This document shows, in pieces, positions 15,100 through 22,399 of a stretch of DNA of 34,120 bases. The translations under genes were made by a program, and so were the position numbers. The notes below the pieces were generated by a model that saw nothing but the letters and a program-made list of their open reading frames with translations, ran no database searches and was not told the DNA's origin. Numbering within the stretch: the stretch's first letter is position 1; every line of letters starts with the position of its first letter. Where the stretch lies: NCBI GenBank assembly GCA_051657225.1, contig JBOFKH010000255.1, forward strand, positions 1 to 34,120, read 5' to 3'. The DNA comes from Alphaproteobacteria bacterium (lineage in GTDB: Bacteria; Pseudomonadota; Alphaproteobacteria; Holosporales; JBOFFI01).

Positions 15100-15684
15100 G
15101 TGGTGCATCGCCTCCCCCATCTCCCGAATATTTTGACGTTTTCAAGAATTGCAGCAATTCCGCTGATCATGTTTTTCTTCTATTATCCATTTTATCTTTC
15201 TTCTTTACTTACGGCATGCTTGTTTGCGCTCGCCTGCTTAACTGACTATTTTGATGGATATTTAGCCAGAACCTATCAAAACGTCTCACGACTAGGGGCA
15301 TTTCTAGACCCAGTTGCGGACAAAATTTTGGTTGCTGTAACCCTATTGATGTTAACAGACTCCCAGACCATTCAGGGGATTTCAATTATTCCAGCTGCGC
15401 TTATTTTATCACGTGAGATGATGGTTTCGGGATTAAGGGAGTTTTTAGCAGCGCTTCAGGCATCCCTCCCTGTCAGCCGCTTTTCGAAATGGAAAACAGG
15501 GATTCAAATGCTCTCTTTGGGCCTTCTTTTGGCCTCCCGAGAAGTTGCTCTGCCTGATTTTTTTCAACCTATTCTCTTCTTTGCAGGAATCTATACCCTT
15601 TGGGTAAGCGCTTTTTTAACTGTGATGACAGGGTATAACTATATCAAGGCTTGCAAAGTTTACTTTGTAGAAGGATCGCGCTAA
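15100..15684 (+). CDS. pgsA: CDP-diacylglycerol--glycerol-3-phosphate 3-phosphatidyltransferase
   Basis: The CDP-alcohol phosphatidyltransferase motif is DYFDGYLARTYQNVSRLGAFLDPVADK. The protein is multi-TM, has a GTG start, and follows uvrC as is common in alphaproteobacteria. Confidence 0.9.
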   Translation: MVHRLPHLPNILTFSRIAAIPLIMFFFYYPFYLSSLLTACLFALACLTDYFDGYLARTYQNVSRLGAFLDPVADKILVAVTLLMLTDSQTIQGISIIPAALILSREMMVSGLREFLAALQASLPVSRFSKWKTGIQMLSLGLLLASREVALPDFFQPILFFAGIYTLWVSAFLTVMTGYNYIKACKVYFVEGSR

Positions 15685-15900
15685 TTTTTGAAAAAGATGC
15701 GGCCCCTAGATTGCATAATAGGAAAAACATCTTTAGAATGAGGATGCTGGGAGCTTTTTTAGAAAATTATCTATTTTTCAGGCGCTTCCTTCTATATGAA
15801 ACTTTCCCATCTTGGGTCGTGCCTCAACGTGGGAAGGGTTGTTACGCCATTAACGCGATTTTTCCGGCCGCATAAGAAAAATCATAGAGGAATAGAAACA

Positions 15901-17640
15901 ATGACACGTGCCAATGCACATCCTGAGATAAACGATGAAGATTTTGAAAAACTTTTGGAAGATTCTCTCAAACAACGTGATATTATTGAGGGGAATGTTC
16001 TGAAAGGACGAATCGTCGCCATTGAAAATGACGAAGTCTTGATTGACGTAGGCCTAAAATCTGAGGGACGCGTTCCCCTGAAGGAATTTTCAATCTCAGG
16101 TCAAGAAGCCCAACTGAAGGTAGGCGATGAAGTTGAAGTTTACCTGGAAAAGGTCGAAGACAAAAACGGTCAAGCCCTTCTAAGCCGTGAAAAGGCTAAG
16201 CGTGAAGCTGTTTGGCAGCAACTGGAGGCTTGCTCGAAAGACAACCAATATGTCGAAGGCACGATTACCCATCGTGTTAAAGGTGGATTTACGGTTGACC
16301 TTGGGGGAGCCATTGCCTTCTTGCCTGGCAGCCAGGTTGATATTCGTCCTATCAAAGATGCAAACCCATTGATTGGTGTTACACAGCCTTTCCAAATCTT
16401 GAAGATGGATCGCGCCCGCAGCAACATTGTGGTCTCCCGTCGCAGCATTATGGAAGATTCACGGGCAGAAGCTCGCACTGAACTGGTAGCAAACCTTGAA
16501 GAAGGTCAGGTCATTGCAGGTATCGTGAAGAATATCACCGATTACGGCGCCTTCATTGATCTGGGTGGCGTTGACGGCCTCTTGCACGTTACAGACATTG
16601 CTTGGAAACGGGTGAATCACCCAAGCGACGTTTTAACAGTTGGCCAGACGGTAACTGTGAAGATCGTCCGTTTTAACCGGGAAACCCAACGAATTTCCTT
16701 AGGTCTTAAGCAACTAGATTCAGATCCGTGGGAGAAGGTCGCAGGACGTTTCCCCATTGGCTCTCGGATCAAAGGAAGGGTTACTAACGTCACAGATTAC
16801 GGTGCATTCGTAGAACTTGATGAAGGGATTGAAGGCCTGATTCACGTTTCTGAAATGGTCTGGAGCCGGAAAAACATTTCTCCAAGCAAGATAGTTTCCA
16901 CCAGTCAAGAGGTTGAAGTGATGGTGCTGGATCTTGATATGACAAAGCGGAGAATTTCTCTAGGCCTCAAGCAGTGCACAGAGAATCCTTGGAGCAAAAT
17001 CATAGAAAAATATCCGCCTGGTACTGTTTTTGAGGGTGAGATTAAAAATGTTACGGAATTTGGCCTTTTTGTTGGCATGACGGATGAAGTGGACGGCATG
17101 GTTCACCTTTCTGATCTGTCATGGGAAAAGCCAGGGGAAGAAGCCTTAGCAACCTACCAAAAAGGCGTGACCATCCAAGTGAAGGTGCTGGACATTGATG
17201 CTGAAAAAGAACGCATCAGCTTGGGCGTGAAACAACTTACAGCAGACCCTTATGAATCCAAACTAGGTGAGTTTAAAAAGGGCGCTGTGGTGACCTGTGA
17301 AGTCCTGGAGGTTTTGGAAGCCGGCATTGAAGTTTCCCTTTCTGGGGGCACGACAACAGGGTTTATCCGAAAGGGTGAGCTATCACGGGATCGGAGCGAG
17401 CAGCGTTCATCTCGTTTTGCCGTGGGAGAAAAGGTAGACGCAAAAATCATTGCGTTTGATAAAACGTCTCGCAAGGTCAACCTCTCCATCAAAGCACGGG
17501 AGATTGAGGAAGATCGTCAAGCCCTTGCAACCTATGGTTCCTCAGATAGTGGCGCCAGCTTAGGTGATATCTTAGGGGCTGCGATGAATCGCGCCCAAGA
17601 AAAAGCCCGCAGCGAAGCGGAAGATGAAGCCAAAGATTAA
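15901..17640 (+). CDS. rpsA: 30S ribosomal protein S1
   Basis: Six S1 OB-fold repeats, for example GRIVAIENDEVLIDVGLKSEGRVP and GIVKNITDYGAFIDLGGVDGLLHV. The start is set at the ATG at 15901, which follows an AGAGGA RBS. The ORF-track start at 15796 is judged a spurious upstream extension. Confidence 0.95.
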   Translation: MTRANAHPEINDEDFEKLLEDSLKQRDIIEGNVLKGRIVAIENDEVLIDVGLKSEGRVPLKEFSISGQEAQLKVGDEVEVYLEKVEDKNGQALLSREKAKREAVWQQLEACSKDNQYVEGTITHRVKGGFTVDLGGAIAFLPGSQVDIRPIKDANPLIGVTQPFQILKMDRARSNIVVSRRSIMEDSRAEARTELVANLEEGQVIAGIVKNITDYGAFIDLGGVDGLLHVTDIAWKRVNHPSDVLTVGQTVTVKIVRFNRETQRISLGLKQLDSDPWEKVAGRFPIGSRIKGRVTNVTDYGAFVELDEGIEGLIHVSEMVWSRKNISPSKIVSTSQEVEVMVLDLDMTKRRISLGLKQCTENPWSKIIEKYPPGTVFEGEIKNVTEFGLFVGMTDEVDGMVHLSDLSWEKPGEEALATYQKGVTIQVKVLDIDAEKERISLGVKQLTADPYESKLGEFKKGAVVTCEVLEVLEAGIEVSLSGGTTTGFIRKGELSRDRSEQRSSRFAVGEKVDAKIIAFDKTSRKVNLSIKAREIEEDRQALATYGSSDSGASLGDILGAAMNRAQEKARSEAEDEAKD

Positions 17641-17672
17641 GCGCTGCTTGATTTGAGTGGAGATTCGCCTGG

Positions 17673-17696
17673 AAGCCCTCTTTCATGAGAGGGCTT
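17673..17696. terminator. Hairpin between convergent rpsA and the small Cys-rich gene (possible bidirectional terminator)
   Basis: 9-bp perfect stem AAGCCCTCT / AGAGGGCTT with a TTCATG loop. There is no clear U-tract on either strand. Confidence 0.35.
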
Positions 17697-17735
17697 TGGG
17701 CGGGTGTTTCGTAAGAGGAATAGCCAAACTTCCAG

Positions 17736-18011
17736 CTATTGCTCCGTATACGTCGGCTCTGGGATGAGAGGTGGTGTTTGGCCTTTTGATTTTTCTGGGA
17801 TGAAAGGTGGCGTCCGACCTTCTGTTTTTTGACGATATGCAAGGCATTTTTCATAGCTTTTTGGAAAATGCTTGTCGCACTCAGAATAGATGCGAGAGCC
17901 TGGAAGACATGATTCTGTATAACATTGAACAATGCTTACAGCCCTTCCATCTGTTACATGACCTAAATTTAAGCATATAAAGCCTGCTGCGGCGTAAATA
18001 GAGTGCTTCAT
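17736..18011 (-). CDS. Small secreted Cys-containing protein with a Pro-rich repeat tail (hypothetical)
   Basis: 91 aa. The hydrophobic N-terminus is MKHSIYAAAGFICLNLG, and there are 4 Cys after it. The tail is KTEGRTPPFIPE / KSKGQTPPLIPE. The ATG lies 2 nt after the stop of the upstream gene (TAACCATG), and a GGAGGA RBS sits inside that gene's 3' end. Confidence 0.55.
   Translation of the reverse strand: MKHSIYAAAGFICLNLGHVTDGRAVSIVQCYTESCLPGSRIYSECDKHFPKSYEKCLAYRQKTEGRTPPFIPEKSKGQTPPLIPEPTYTEQ
17759..17830. repeat. 36-nt tandem repeat x2 (encodes the TPP[FL]IPE repeats)
   Basis: Units at 17759-17794 and 17795-17830 are identical at 29 of 36 positions by eye. Confidence 0.75.
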
Positions 18012-18013
18012 GG

Positions 18014-18688
18014 TTAGTAATCTATCCTCCGATCTGGAATGGTTCTGTAAGCTTCTGGCACGGGTTGTTCTGAAACGATTTCAGGTGAAGCTCCCATTCC
18101 ATGGATAGGAACAGTTGGTGGGGGACGCATATTGGTGTCTAAAGGTTCTAAGGGCTTTCGGTAAGGCGGAATGTTATCAGGCCCCATATTCTGAATCGGC
18201 TTTCGGTAAGGCGGAATGTTATTAGGCCCCATATTCTGAATTATGCGGGGACCAGGTGAGACGCCTTTTTCTATAATGAGGAGAGGTTTTTCTTCTAATT
18301 TTTTCTTTTCTAAGGCTCCTTCATAGGCTTTCTTGCAATTTACAACAGTATCTTTTGGGCAAGCGTCTAGACACAACCCTCCAAAGGCCTTGCTTGCAGC
18401 ACAAGCGCCTGAAGTGCAACTAAATTTGCAAAAAGTATTTTTTAATGCACCCAAGGCTTGAGTCAGCTTCACTTTATTAGTCTTGGCATGCGTATTTTGT
18501 TGATTGCAAGCAGCCAGCTTTGAAGCATCGCACTTCTCTTGACATCCTTTGTGAATGAAATCCAGTTGACACCATATCCCTTTACCACTTTCACACATTG
18601 TGTCGCAAAACGTATCTTTTGACCAAGCGCTATTTCCCAAGTGCAGCGCTAAAAGCCCCCCTACAATATAAGCGTATTTTTGGCCCAT
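18014..18688 (-). CDS. Secreted Cys-rich protein with a Pro-rich repeat C-terminus (hypothetical)
   Basis: 224 aa. The signal peptide is MGQKYAYIVGGLLALHLGNSAWS. There are 12 Cys in about 100 aa, then a KKKLEEK linker and a tandem RKPIQNMGP[DN]NIPPY repeat. An AAGGGAG RBS is present. No family recognised. Confidence 0.7.
   Translation of the reverse strand: MGQKYAYIVGGLLALHLGNSAWSKDTFCDTMCESGKGIWCQLDFIHKGCQEKCDASKLAACNQQNTHAKTNKVKLTQALGALKNTFCKFSCTSGACAASKAFGGLCLDACPKDTVVNCKKAYEGALEKKKLEEKPLLIIEKGVSPGPRIIQNMGPNNIPPYRKPIQNMGPDNIPPYRKPLEPLDTNMRPPPTVPIHGMGASPEIVSEQPVPEAYRTIPDRRIDY
18153..18242. repeat. 45-nt tandem repeat x2 (encodes IQNMGPxNIPPYRKP)
   Basis: Units at 18153-18197 and 18198-18242 differ at 2 positions. 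Confidence 0.9.
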
Positions 18689-18796
18689 GATTGTATCTCC
18701 CTTATTTTTATCGCGTTGTTTTTAAATGTTATATTTAGAATAAAAAAAACATCTTAATAAAAAACAAATCATAAAATTAAAGAGATCTTTATTTTA

Positions 18797-18959
18797 TTAG
18801 ACCTCTTTCGAAACCACTTTTAGGGAATTGAGGGGAAGGAACTAACGGAGCGCAAGACCTTCAGTCGTACTTAAGGTACATGAGGATCTGAGCACGAGAT
18901 ATAACCCTTGGTGACGCACCCATCGGCCCATAAAAGGAAGTTTCGACAAGAGGTCTATT
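18797..18959 (-). mobile_element. MITE-like palindromic repeat element, copy B (~163 bp, inverted relative to copy A)
   Basis: The termini are TAGACCTCTTTCGAAAC and GTTTCGACAAGAGGTCTATT. The interior matches the reverse complement of 3360-3508 apart from two short replaced or inserted segments. Confidence 0.8.
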
Positions 18960-19944
18960 GCAACAACCACGTCGCGAAGGAGAGATAAAGGGGAATTCCC
19001 AACATCACATTAAATGGAAAAGTGACGCCTAGAGAGAGGGTGAGGGCCACAGACGTGCGCGCTTCAGGGATCGCCAAGCGCATGGCCGGCGGAACGGCAA
19101 TGTAAGAAGCGCTGGCTCCAAGGGCCGCAACCAAAACACAGCCTCCAACCCCAAAATTTAAAACATAGTGGGCCACCAAAACCCCGAGGGCCCCTCCCAA
19201 AAGCGGCATCAAAATAGCGAAGCAAACGAGGGGAAGCCCTACTTTGGTAAACTCCCGTGCATAAAGCGCAGCATCTGCCCCCATGGCCAACAGAAAAAGG
19301 GAGAGGACACCTTGGAAGATTCCCGTATAGAAAGGCAATAAAGACTCTGTTCCCTGGGGCATACACAGATAACCTATCAACATGCTGCCCATCAGTAACA
19401 GGACGCTATCATTTTTGAGGCAACCTAAGAAAATATGTAGATTTTTGGAAGGAACTTGAGGGCTTCCTGTCAGGTTGTCGCGGGCCCTGGCATGCTGAGC
19501 CAAGAAAAGCCCCACGAAAATGCCGGGGGATTCCATAATCGCCAGCATCACAAAAGGGTAAGATTCATAAGAGATATGCTGGCTTTTAAGAAAAGCAACG
19601 GCTGTTAAAAAGGTCGCCAAACTGACGGAGCCATAGTGGGCTGCCAGGGCTGCGCTGTTAAGGGCATCCAACCGCCAAACATGCTTCAACAACAAATAAG
19701 AGAGCACTGTTTGCACAACACCTCCGCCAAAAGCCACCAACATTGCCTGGAGAGAGAGGGAAAGCTGATGCTGGCCCAGCTGCATGCCGCCATGAAGGCC
19801 AATTCCCACCATTAAATAGATTGACATAACCTTCACAAAATTGGCAGGAATCTCAAGCTCTGAACGAACCAAGCGCATCCCAAAGCCAAGCATGAAAAAA
19901 AGCAAAGGGGGCATCAACAAATTAGAAAAATCGACCATACACAT
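18955..19944 (-). CDS. Sodium-dependent bicarbonate transport (Sbt_1/DUF897) family permease
   Basis: 329-aa polytopic protein. The N-terminus LLMPPLLFFMLGFGMRLVRSELEIPANFVKVMSIYLMVGIGLHGG resembles this family. The substrate is not inferable. The stop codon lies inside the MITE terminus. Confidence 0.55.
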   Translation of the reverse strand: MCMVDFSNLLMPPLLFFMLGFGMRLVRSELEIPANFVKVMSIYLMVGIGLHGGMQLGQHQLSLSLQAMLVAFGGGVVQTVLSYLLLKHVWRLDALNSAALAAHYGSVSLATFLTAVAFLKSQHISYESYPFVMLAIMESPGIFVGLFLAQHARARDNLTGSPQVPSKNLHIFLGCLKNDSVLLLMGSMLIGYLCMPQGTESLLPFYTGIFQGVLSLFLLAMGADAALYAREFTKVGLPLVCFAILMPLLGGALGVLVAHYVLNFGVGGCVLVAALGASASYIAVPPAMRLAIPEARTSVALTLSLGVTFPFNVMLGIPLYLSFATWLLQ

Positions 19945-19998
19945 CCCGTGCCGTTGAACCGTATTACCAAAGAAGGGAAAGCTATGTTTAACAACAGG

Positions 19999-20075
19999 TG
20001 GTAGCGGAGGAGGGATTTGAACCCCCGACCTACGGATTATGATTCCGCCGCTCTAACCAACTGAGCTACTCCGCC
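19999..20075 (-). tRNA. tRNA-Met (anticodon CAT), elongator-like, CCA encoded
   Basis: The 77-nt cloverleaf was folded by hand: GGCGGAG TA GCTC AGTTGGTTA GAGC G GCGGA ATCATAA TCCGT AGGTC GGGGG TTCAAAT CCCTC CTCCGCT A CCA. It lacks the initiator hallmarks (1:72 mismatch and three G-C pairs in the anticodon stem). A lysidine-modified tRNA-Ile2 cannot be excluded from sequence alone. Confidence 0.9.
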
Positions 20076-20090
20076 GATCCTGATTCTCTT

Positions 20091-20119
20091 TTGATAGCTT
20101 GCCCCCAAGCTTCTGTCAA
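20091..20119 (-). promoter_or_regulatory. Candidate sigma70-type promoter for the tRNA gene (TTGACA-N17-TATCAA)
   Basis: On the minus strand the -35 TTGACA is at 20119-20114, the spacer is 17 nt, and the -10 TATCAA is at 20096-20091. The -10 ends 15 nt before the mature tRNA 5' end. Confidence 0.5.
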
Positions 20120-20192
20120 GAAATTGCTCTCATTTTTCGGTGAAAAAGTGTGGGCGATCTGTGCAACAAAACATCCATTTAGAAATCTTCTC

Positions 20193-20222
20193 TTGAAAGG
20201 TAGCGCTTTTTTTAGGTATAAG
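20193..20222 (+). promoter_or_regulatory. Candidate promoter for the methyltransferase gene (TTGAAA-N18-TATAAG)
   Basis: Motif match only, about 80 bp upstream of the ATG at 20301. Confidence 0.25.
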
Positions 20223-20300
20223 GGGCGTAGGGTTGGGGGCGCAGAATGCAAGGTTATTTTTGTCTCTGGTTTTATGGGTACACTGGGTTTGTGAGGTTAG

Positions 20301-20936
20301 ATGCTGTTACATAATTATTCAAGTGCAGTTTCTTGTAAGATCAATGCTTACCAAGAAAAAGTGCTCTTCTTCAAGCGCTGGTTAGATAAGCCATTTCAGC
20401 TGGGGGCTCTTTTCCCAAGCTCTAAAGTGCTAGCCAAAGCTGTTGCACAACATGTGGTCCGCGAACAGCTCCAAGAGAGAGAATATATTCTGGAAATTGG
20501 CGCGGGGACAGGTAGCTTTACCCAAGCGCTCCTAGAAGCAGGGGTAGAACCTCACCGGTTGATCTGCATTGAAGTTGACCAACAGCTGTATGAATATATG
20601 AAGCGCCGCTTTCCCAAGGTTCATGTAATTTGGGGAAATGCGTGCCAGCTTAAGCAATTGCTCCCTGAACACTTACATCAAAATATTGCGTTGGTTTTGT
20701 CTGGGATCCCCATGATGAGCGTTCCTCCCATGATTCGGGACGATATTATCGAGGGCTGCTTTCACGTTTTAAAGCCAGGGGGTAAGATTTTTCAATTTAC
20801 CTACAGTCCTTTTTCTTCTGTCTCTTCAAAAAATTATCGCCTCAAGCAGCAACGCTTAGGCACTGTTTTTAGAAATTTTCCTCCTGCGACGGTCTGGTCC
20901 TATGAACGCCAGGGCATTTTTAAATTAACGGCTTGA
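20301..20936 (+). CDS. Class I SAM-dependent methyltransferase (COG3963 phospholipid N-methyltransferase-like)
   Basis: SAM motif I is ILEIGAGTGSFT. The N-terminal LGALFPSSKVLAKAV segment is typical of this group. The substrate is not determinable. Confidence 0.65.
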   Translation: MLLHNYSSAVSCKINAYQEKVLFFKRWLDKPFQLGALFPSSKVLAKAVAQHVVREQLQEREYILEIGAGTGSFTQALLEAGVEPHRLICIEVDQQLYEYMKRRFPKVHVIWGNACQLKQLLPEHLHQNIALVLSGIPMMSVPPMIRDDIIEGCFHVLKPGGKIFQFTYSPFSSVSSKNYRLKQQRLGTVFRNFPPATVWSYERQGIFKLTA

Positions 20937-21020
20937 TTTTATTTTAATTTTTTTATTTTTTTTTAAGAATTCCTGTGAGAAAACTATAATTAAATAAAAT
21001 TTTGAAAGGGCTTCAGGAAC

Positions 21021-21899
21021 ATGATCTCGGTAAATTATTTTTTTTCGCTAGGATGTCTCGCTTTAACGCTTACTTCATTAGGGCACGCCGCTGAGACACC
21101 AGCAAGCCAAAGCCAACCCCTTGGAGAACAGCCCAAGGCAACGCTTTCTTTGCCAATAACCGAAGGTGTAAACAAAAATTCGGTTTTTACCCAGGAACAG
21201 CGCAAAGAGCTGGAAAATCATTTCGAAGCTTATATAAAATCTAATCCCCATGTGGTTAAGCAAGCCCTGGAAAAATTGATTACAGCTGAGGCTGCTGAAC
21301 AAGAACGCAAAGATAAAGAAATGGCAGAAACTCTCATTAAAACCCATGGAGCTGCTATCTTTAAAAACGAGGCGCTCCCAATGATAGGGAATCAGGTGGG
21401 AGAGAAAGTGTTTGCTGTTTTTGTCGACCCCTATTGTGGCTATTGCCAAGAATCCATTAAAGATTTGAAAGCATTTGTAAAAACAGATGGGCGCATCAGG
21501 GTTGTGGTGCATGATGTCGCCATTTTGGGAGAACCGTCAGAAATTGCCGTCAAAGCGCTTTTAGCGGCTAAGCTTTTGGGGAAATATGTTGAATTCCAAG
21601 AAGCCATGAAGCAGGCTAAAGCACCTTTGGACCTTCCAGGGTTGAAGAAAATTGCTAAAACCCTAGGCCTTGATGAAAAAGCCTTTGCTGAAGCGTTGGA
21701 AAAGAAAGAAGTAAAAGACTTATATAACGCCAACATGAAGCTTGTAGATGCTCTGAAATTGGATGCAACACCTACCCTCATCCATGGCCTTGAGATGATT
21801 CGTGGTTATATGCCGCTGGAAAGACTGAAGCAACGGTTAGGGTTTCCTACAGCGGAAAAAGGTGCAGAGAAATCGAGCGAAAAAGGCCAGCCCTCTTAA
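21021..21899 (+). CDS. DsbA-family periplasmic thiol:disulfide oxidoreductase
   Basis: It has a signal peptide, an N-terminal helical extension, and a thioredoxin fold with the active site CGYC (FVDPYCGYCQES). Confidence 0.85.
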   Translation: MISVNYFFSLGCLALTLTSLGHAAETPASQSQPLGEQPKATLSLPITEGVNKNSVFTQEQRKELENHFEAYIKSNPHVVKQALEKLITAEAAEQERKDKEMAETLIKTHGAAIFKNEALPMIGNQVGEKVFAVFVDPYCGYCQESIKDLKAFVKTDGRIRVVVHDVAILGEPSEIAVKALLAAKLLGKYVEFQEAMKQAKAPLDLPGLKKIAKTLGLDEKAFAEALEKKEVKDLYNANMKLVDALKLDATPTLIHGLEMIRGYMPLERLKQRLGFPTAEKGAEKSSEKGQPS

Positions 21900-21917
21900 A
21901 GGCACCCGCCTGAATTT

Positions 21918-22370
21918 CTAAGGGAGATGTTTTGTTTGACGCAGAGCCTCTCCCATCACCACCATGGCGGCACTGGCCATATTCAAAGAACGGCATTGGC
22001 CTTTCATAGGTATCTGCACTTCTAGCGTTGCCTGGGTTTGGATATGGGGCGGGAACCCGCTGCTCTCGCAGCCTACCCACAAATGATCATCGGGGTGGTA
22101 ATCTACGTCTAAATAGCTCTTCGTGGCCTGGGGAACCAGGGCAATGGTTCGTGTTTCAAGAGGCTTTTGGGCCCAGTAAAACTCAAAAGATGCATGTTTT
22201 TGATAATCAGCTTGATCCAGGTAATCCATGCCAGCACGCCGCAGGTATCGATTTGACCACAAAAACCCCAGAGGCTCGACCAAATCCACCCCAAATTCTA
22301 AACAAGCCGCAGCACGCAAGAGCGTTCCAACGTTTTGAGGAATTTCAGGGTGAACCAAGACCAAACGCAT
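21918..22370 (-). CDS. trmL: tRNA (cytidine/uridine-2'-O-)-methyltransferase, SPOUT/TrmL type
   Basis: 150 aa. The sequence starts MRLVLVHPEIPQNVGTLLRAAA and has the C-terminal knot motif IPMKGQCRSLNMASAAMVVMGEALRQ. Confidence 0.85.
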   Translation of the reverse strand: MRLVLVHPEIPQNVGTLLRAAACLEFGVDLVEPLGFLWSNRYLRRAGMDYLDQADYQKHASFEFYWAQKPLETRTIALVPQATKSYLDVDYHPDDHLWVGCESSGFPPHIQTQATLEVQIPMKGQCRSLNMASAAMVVMGEALRQTKHLP

Positions 22371-22399
22371 GGTGTTAATTACACACGTGGAGTTTTCTA

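Noticed and set aside
15796-15900. N-terminal extensions of rpsA (35 aa), uppP (24849-24983), proS (25831-25878), the glycosyltransferase (12658-12732) and dprA (29858-29881)
   Set aside because: In each case an internal ATG with a good RBS gives the family-typical N-terminus and length. The extensions have no homology-like features and overlap promoter or leader regions.
17489-17932. 147-aa minus-strand ORF overlapping the rpsA 3' end and the 91-aa Cys-rich gene
   Set aside because: It overlaps the end of rpsA in antisense and overlaps the better-supported 91-aa gene, which has an RBS, a signal-like N-terminus and in-frame repeats. Its composition looks like an out-of-frame read-through of the same repeats.
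17759-18242. Tandem direct repeats considered as a possible CRISPR array or VNTR
   Set aside because: There are only two units each, the units are contiguous without spacers, and they lie in frame within coding sequence (12-aa and 15-aa protein repeats). No cas genes are present.
21021-21899. Functional link between the DsbA-family gene and the Cys-rich secreted proteins 2.3 kb away
   Set aside because: They are separated by a permease, a tRNA gene and a methyltransferase, and are on different strands and in different transcription units. Proximity alone does not support a dedicated system.
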